A stretch of 61,491 nt of DNA from contig DDTV01000037.1 of NCBI GenBank assembly GCA_002344425.1, positions 1 through 61,491 of the forward strand, written 5' to 3'. Position numbers and translations under genes: made by a program. Of the stretch, positions 57,849-61,491 are shown piece by piece. This stretch comes from Candidatus Falkowbacteria bacterium UBA2355. Its GTDB lineage: Bacteria; Patescibacteriota; Patescibacteriia; Patescibacteriales; Patescibacteriaceae. Within the stretch, counting starts at the first letter, position 1. The number at the start of each line of letters is the position of its first letter. The notes below the pieces were generated by a model, which did not search any database, was not told the origin of the DNA, and was given only the letters and a program-made list of their open reading frames with translations.

Positions 57849-60776
57849 TTAAATCTGCGTAAATTCACAAAGTTTTTTATAAGGGCAGTTTTGACACATA
57901 ATTGCGGCGCGCGGGGTAAAGTCGAAATGTCTTATTTTATTTATCAAGTCGAGCATTTTTTGCTTTACCTTCTCAACCTCGCCATCTTTTGCAGTAAAGC
58001 TGACCATCTCGTCATTTTTCAAATAATAGAAAGTCAATTTAGAAACTTTGAGGCCGAAAACTTCTTCCAGCGCGGCTTGATATAAAAGCAACTGCTGTTT
58101 ATTTTCATAGCCGAAGTTCTTTGGTTTCTCGCCGGTTTTATAATCTATTATTTCATAGGTTCCATCTCCAAGGTCATCAACTCGATCGATTGTGCCGGTT
58201 AAGGTTTCACTGCCCAAGGGAAGGGAAAACTTCTTTTCCAAAAATTTTATTTTGGGAGCTTCTTTGTCTACTTGAGCATGTAGACTGCTCAGCATTTTTT
58301 TACCGCGCGCCCGATAATCATCAGCCTGTTGGCGGTTTTCATAGCCGGAATCAATCCAATATTCTTCATAGAGAGCCAATAAGCGCTTAAGGCTCAAATC
58401 GATATTTTCAGCTTTGTCGCCCTTGAACAAACTTGGTTGGCGCCAAGCTTCATCTAAAAGCGGCAAAAGAAACTGGCGCAAGCAATTGTGAATGACGCGT
58501 CCAAAGGTAAAATAAGGAGTATCTTCTTCCGGCATTTTAAGTATGTAGATGAATTTATATTCCCAAGGACAACGTTCAAAGGTTTTTAGTTGAGAGAAGG
58601 AGAATTTTTCCGGCAGAGCAAATTGGATTCTTTGCGGCACGGTATCGATTGACTCTAAGTCTCGCTCCAATTCGCTTTTTGCCGCCGCTTGAGTCAAGGT
58701 GCTGGGCAATTCGGCTTCTTCAACGAAACGAGACGCTTTTTTGTCGCGCAGTCCTCCGTAATCGCGCGCTCCGGTGGCGAACAAACCTTGCTTTGCTCTG
58801 GTCATTGCGACATAGAAAAGACGCCGCTCTTCTTCAAGGTGCGCTTCCTTGCCTTGGGTTTTAATTACGCCGAGTTGTTCGGGAATTGGCAGTTTGTCGC
58901 CGCGATTATCGACGGGAAATTTTCTGTCAACCAGATTAACAATAAAGACATAAGAGAATTCTTGACCTTTGGCGGCATGGGCCGTCATGATTTTAACCGT
59001 ATCGGCATCGTCATAATTGAAACGCAAGCCGCCGGTTTCACCGGCTTCCATTTCCAAATTAATTAAAGCAAGAAAATCTTTGAGACTGCCGTGCTCGTCG
59101 CTCGCTTCGAAATTTTTTATTTTCGCGTAAAACTGGTTCAGGAAAGAGAAAGATTCCTGATCTTTATCTTGGTCTAAATAGGCGAGCAGGCAATCTCGGA
59201 CAATATGCAGATAGACTTTAGAGGCCTTGGAGTCCTTGCTTAAGGCGCTGTGGTGCTTGATAGAATCTAGCAATTTCTTTATATTATTGCGTCCTTTTTC
59301 TGAAATATCGGTGACGGCATCAATATGTTGCAAGGTCTCATAAAGCGACCACATCTTTTTGCGTCCCCATTTGTTAAGTTCTAGCAAGTCGTCGTGTTCA
59401 AGGCGAAAATGAGGCAATCGCAAAACCCGATACAGAGCGGCGGTTTCATGGTAATCATCCAATAATTTTAGGTAGGCCAATGAATCAAGAATCACCGGCT
59501 TATAGTATAGCCCTTTGAGGGAGACAAAATGGTTTGGTATGTTTTGACGCGTTAATTCTTTGACGAATTTATCGGCCGTATCATTGGCACGGACGAGAAT
59601 CGCTATATCGGCCCAGCTTTCCGACTTCTTTTTATCGTGCAATTCGCGAATCATATCGGCGACGGTCTTGGTTTCCTCAAATTCAGTATCAAAGAAAAAA
59701 TATTCAGCTTCGCCTTTGTTCTTTATTTTGGAAGTTAGCTTTTTATTCAGTTTCAGTTTGGCTTCCAAGCGATTGGGGTTGTTATGGGAAATAAAAGTAT
59801 AGGCATGATCAAGTATTTTTTGACCCGAACGATAGTTTTCGGTTAAGACGACTTCTTTGGCTTTTGGAAAATCATCTTTGAATTGCATGATGTTAGACAA
59901 AGAAGCGCCTCGGAATCGATAAATACTTTGATCGTCGTCACCGACCGCGACCAAATTGTTGTCCGGCGCCGCCAGAAGTTTAACGAGTTCGTATTGGATT
60001 GTATTGGTATCTTGAAATTCATCGACCATGATATATCTAAACTGTTCGCGATAGCGTTTTAGAATATTAGGTCGTTCTTCAAATAACTTAATCGTATATC
60101 GTATCAGATCTCCGAAATCCAAAAAGCCCTCCTTGATTAAGAGGCGGTTATAGACATGATAGCCGTTGGCAAGTTCACTGATTCTTTGAGCATCCAAACC
60201 GTCCGCTTCATCATCAGAGCTGATTATTTTATCCGAATTTGCTTTAAGTGATTCGGCTAAAGCAAGATAGGCATCAGTGCTTATGTTTTCATCTTTGAGT
60301 CGGGAAAAAAGTTTGATGATTTCATGAATGAATTTGGTCGGGTCGCCGAGCGGCTTATAATAATCGAAATTAAATTCATCAAGATGCTTACGGATAAACA
60401 TCCATTGTTCAGTCGTATTCAAAACCTTGAAAGCCGGGGATAAGCCGATATCAAGGGCATGATCGCGCAAGATCCTTTCGCCAAAACCGTGGAAGGTTGA
60501 AATCCACAAATTAACGTATCCATAGGGGAGTAATTTGTCGGCGCGTTCTTCAAGTTCCGCCGCGCCTTTTTCCGTAAAGGTGGTTAAGAGAATTTGTTCC
60601 GGATGGATATTTTTTTCCTGAATCAAATAGGCGAGCCGATTAATTAAAACCGTTGTTTTACCCGTACCGGCACCGGCAACGATTAACATCGGTCCGCTGT
60701 CATGAGTGACGGCCTCTAATTGGGCTTTATTCAAATTGCTGAGAAATTCGGGCTTTTTTGAGCTGGATTTTGGCAT
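57849..60776 (-). CDS. UvrD/PcrA-like helicase fused to a PD-(D/E)XK nuclease (AdnA/AdnB-like architecture)
   Basis: AGAGTGKT, VDEFQD, GDDDQSIYRFRG, ENYRS, EERRLFYVAMTRA; SFSQL...CP, GTIDRVD, IDYKTG, QLLLY and CxxCxxxxxC. Confidence 0.9.
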   Translation of the reverse strand: MPKSSSKKPEFLSNLNKAQLEAVTHDSGPMLIVAGAGTGKTTVLINRLAYLIQEKNIHPEQILLTTFTEKGAAELEERADKLLPYGYVNLWISTFHGFGERILRDHALDIGLSPAFKVLNTTEQWMFIRKHLDEFNFDYYKPLGDPTKFIHEIIKLFSRLKDENISTDAYLALAESLKANSDKIISSDDEADGLDAQRISELANGYHVYNRLLIKEGFLDFGDLIRYTIKLFEERPNILKRYREQFRYIMVDEFQDTNTIQYELVKLLAAPDNNLVAVGDDDQSIYRFRGASLSNIMQFKDDFPKAKEVVLTENYRSGQKILDHAYTFISHNNPNRLEAKLKLNKKLTSKIKNKGEAEYFFFDTEFEETKTVADMIRELHDKKKSESWADIAILVRANDTADKFVKELTRQNIPNHFVSLKGLYYKPVILDSLAYLKLLDDYHETAALYRVLRLPHFRLEHDDLLELNKWGRKKMWSLYETLQHIDAVTDISEKGRNNIKKLLDSIKHHSALSKDSKASKVYLHIVRDCLLAYLDQDKDQESFSFLNQFYAKIKNFEASDEHGSLKDFLALINLEMEAGETGGLRFNYDDADTVKIMTAHAAKGQEFSYVFIVNLVDRKFPVDNRGDKLPIPEQLGVIKTQGKEAHLEEERRLFYVAMTRAKQGLFATGARDYGGLRDKKASRFVEEAELPSTLTQAAAKSELERDLESIDTVPQRIQFALPEKFSFSQLKTFERCPWEYKFIYILKMPEEDTPYFTFGRVIHNCLRQFLLPLLDEAWRQPSLFKGDKAENIDLSLKRLLALYEEYWIDSGYENRQQADDYRARGKKMLSSLHAQVDKEAPKIKFLEKKFSLPLGSETLTGTIDRVDDLGDGTYEIIDYKTGEKPKNFGYENKQQLLLYQAALEEVFGLKVSKLTFYYLKNDEMVSFTAKDGEVEKVKQKMLDLINKIRHFDFTPRAAIMCQNCPYKKLCEFTQI

Positions 60777-60889
60777 ATAATAGCTTCATCTTAACACGGT
60801 GCTAATAGTTCAGCAATTCATTGACTTATACTATTTTTTATGATGAAATAGGGACAATAAATAATTTGGAACTTTAAAAAAGGAGAAAA

Positions 60890-61423
60890 ATGAATACTTT
60901 GGAAAATTTTAACAAAATGGTAAATAAATGTTTTTACTTGTCTGAATTAACACGTATCATGAAAATTGCCGCTGATCTGCTTCCTTCGGGCTCGTATAAA
61001 AATTTAGGTGGTTACTTAGCCTTGGGTGATTTTGAAACTGGGTTTGTAGCATGCGCGGGGGCTGGTGAGTTTAGTAAAGAAGAAAAAATTTTCTTTTCCA
61101 TAAATGCCACTAAAGCAGTAAATCAAATAATGTGGGCGAATGGCCATCAAGAAAAAGTGGGTCTTAAATCTTATCAAATTTTCAGAGGAGCTATTGCAAT
61201 GAACGGAATGGCTGTTTCATTTTTCGGATCGCCGCATAAAGAATGCAATCTTGCAATAGCAGTTGCTTACGCTGCATATTGCTCGGCTCTTAATGTGAGC
61301 GGTAATTTTTATACAGACCCCCAAAAAATTAAAATGAAAGTTACGGAGCTGATTACAACTTTCATTGAAACATCAGGTAAAAAGAATAATCTCTTGTTGA
61401 AACTGGCAGAAGCACTAAAATAG
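60890..61423 (+). CDS. Hypothetical protein (AT-rich)
   Basis: 177-aa ORF with AAGGAG SD and a TTGACT box at 60821. Confidence 0.65.
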   Translation: MNTLENFNKMVNKCFYLSELTRIMKIAADLLPSGSYKNLGGYLALGDFETGFVACAGAGEFSKEEKIFFSINATKAVNQIMWANGHQEKVGLKSYQIFRGAIAMNGMAVSFFGSPHKECNLAIAVAYAAYCSALNVSGNFYTDPQKIKMKVTELITTFIETSGKKNNLLLKLAEALK

Positions 61424-61491
61424 ATATTGTTAAAAAACTTCTCCAAGAAATTTATAAGAAAAGAAGCAAATTTAACAAGCGAATTGTTATT

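Overview
Gene-dense bacterial chromosome segment. Its content and style (AT-rich leaders mostly lacking Shine-Dalgarno motifs, tRNA genes without a complete encoded CCA, stand-alone gyrA, short ATP synthase delta subunit) suggest a Patescibacteria/CPR (Parcubacteria-like) genome; that assignment is inference. Most of the window is housekeeping: xer, rpsO, pnp, pth, der, LCP, gyrA, rpsA, ftsH, rnj, ymdB, rny, ruvB, queA, infB, rbfA, nrnA, tatD, a complete F1Fo atp operon, murD, polA, an M23/LysM peptidase, a UvrD-nuclease fusion and four tRNAs (His, Arg, Leu, Ala). The most striking non-standard structure is at about 2.2-7.1 kb on the minus strand: Xer-family tyrosine recombinase > tRNA-Arg > MFS > tRNA-His > a run of unrelated single genes. 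These genes are separated by four direct copies of a 28-bp repeat (+ strand consensus TGGGTCGTTGATGRAYTTATYTTATAAH) placed at or just after each stop codon, and one end of the repeat resembles the 3' end of the adjacent tRNA-His. This looks like a tRNA-anchored, integron-like gene-cassette array without IntI or attC. Also noted: several candidate structured RNAs (6S-like RNA before rny, pseudoknotted rpsA leader, three-way-junction RNA at 50.3 kb, rpsO and pnp leaders), an unannotated 54-aa LysW-like zinc-ribbon gene, and a beta-carbonic-anhydrase-motif protein directly after the atp operon. All calls were made by eye; no database searches or folding programs were run.
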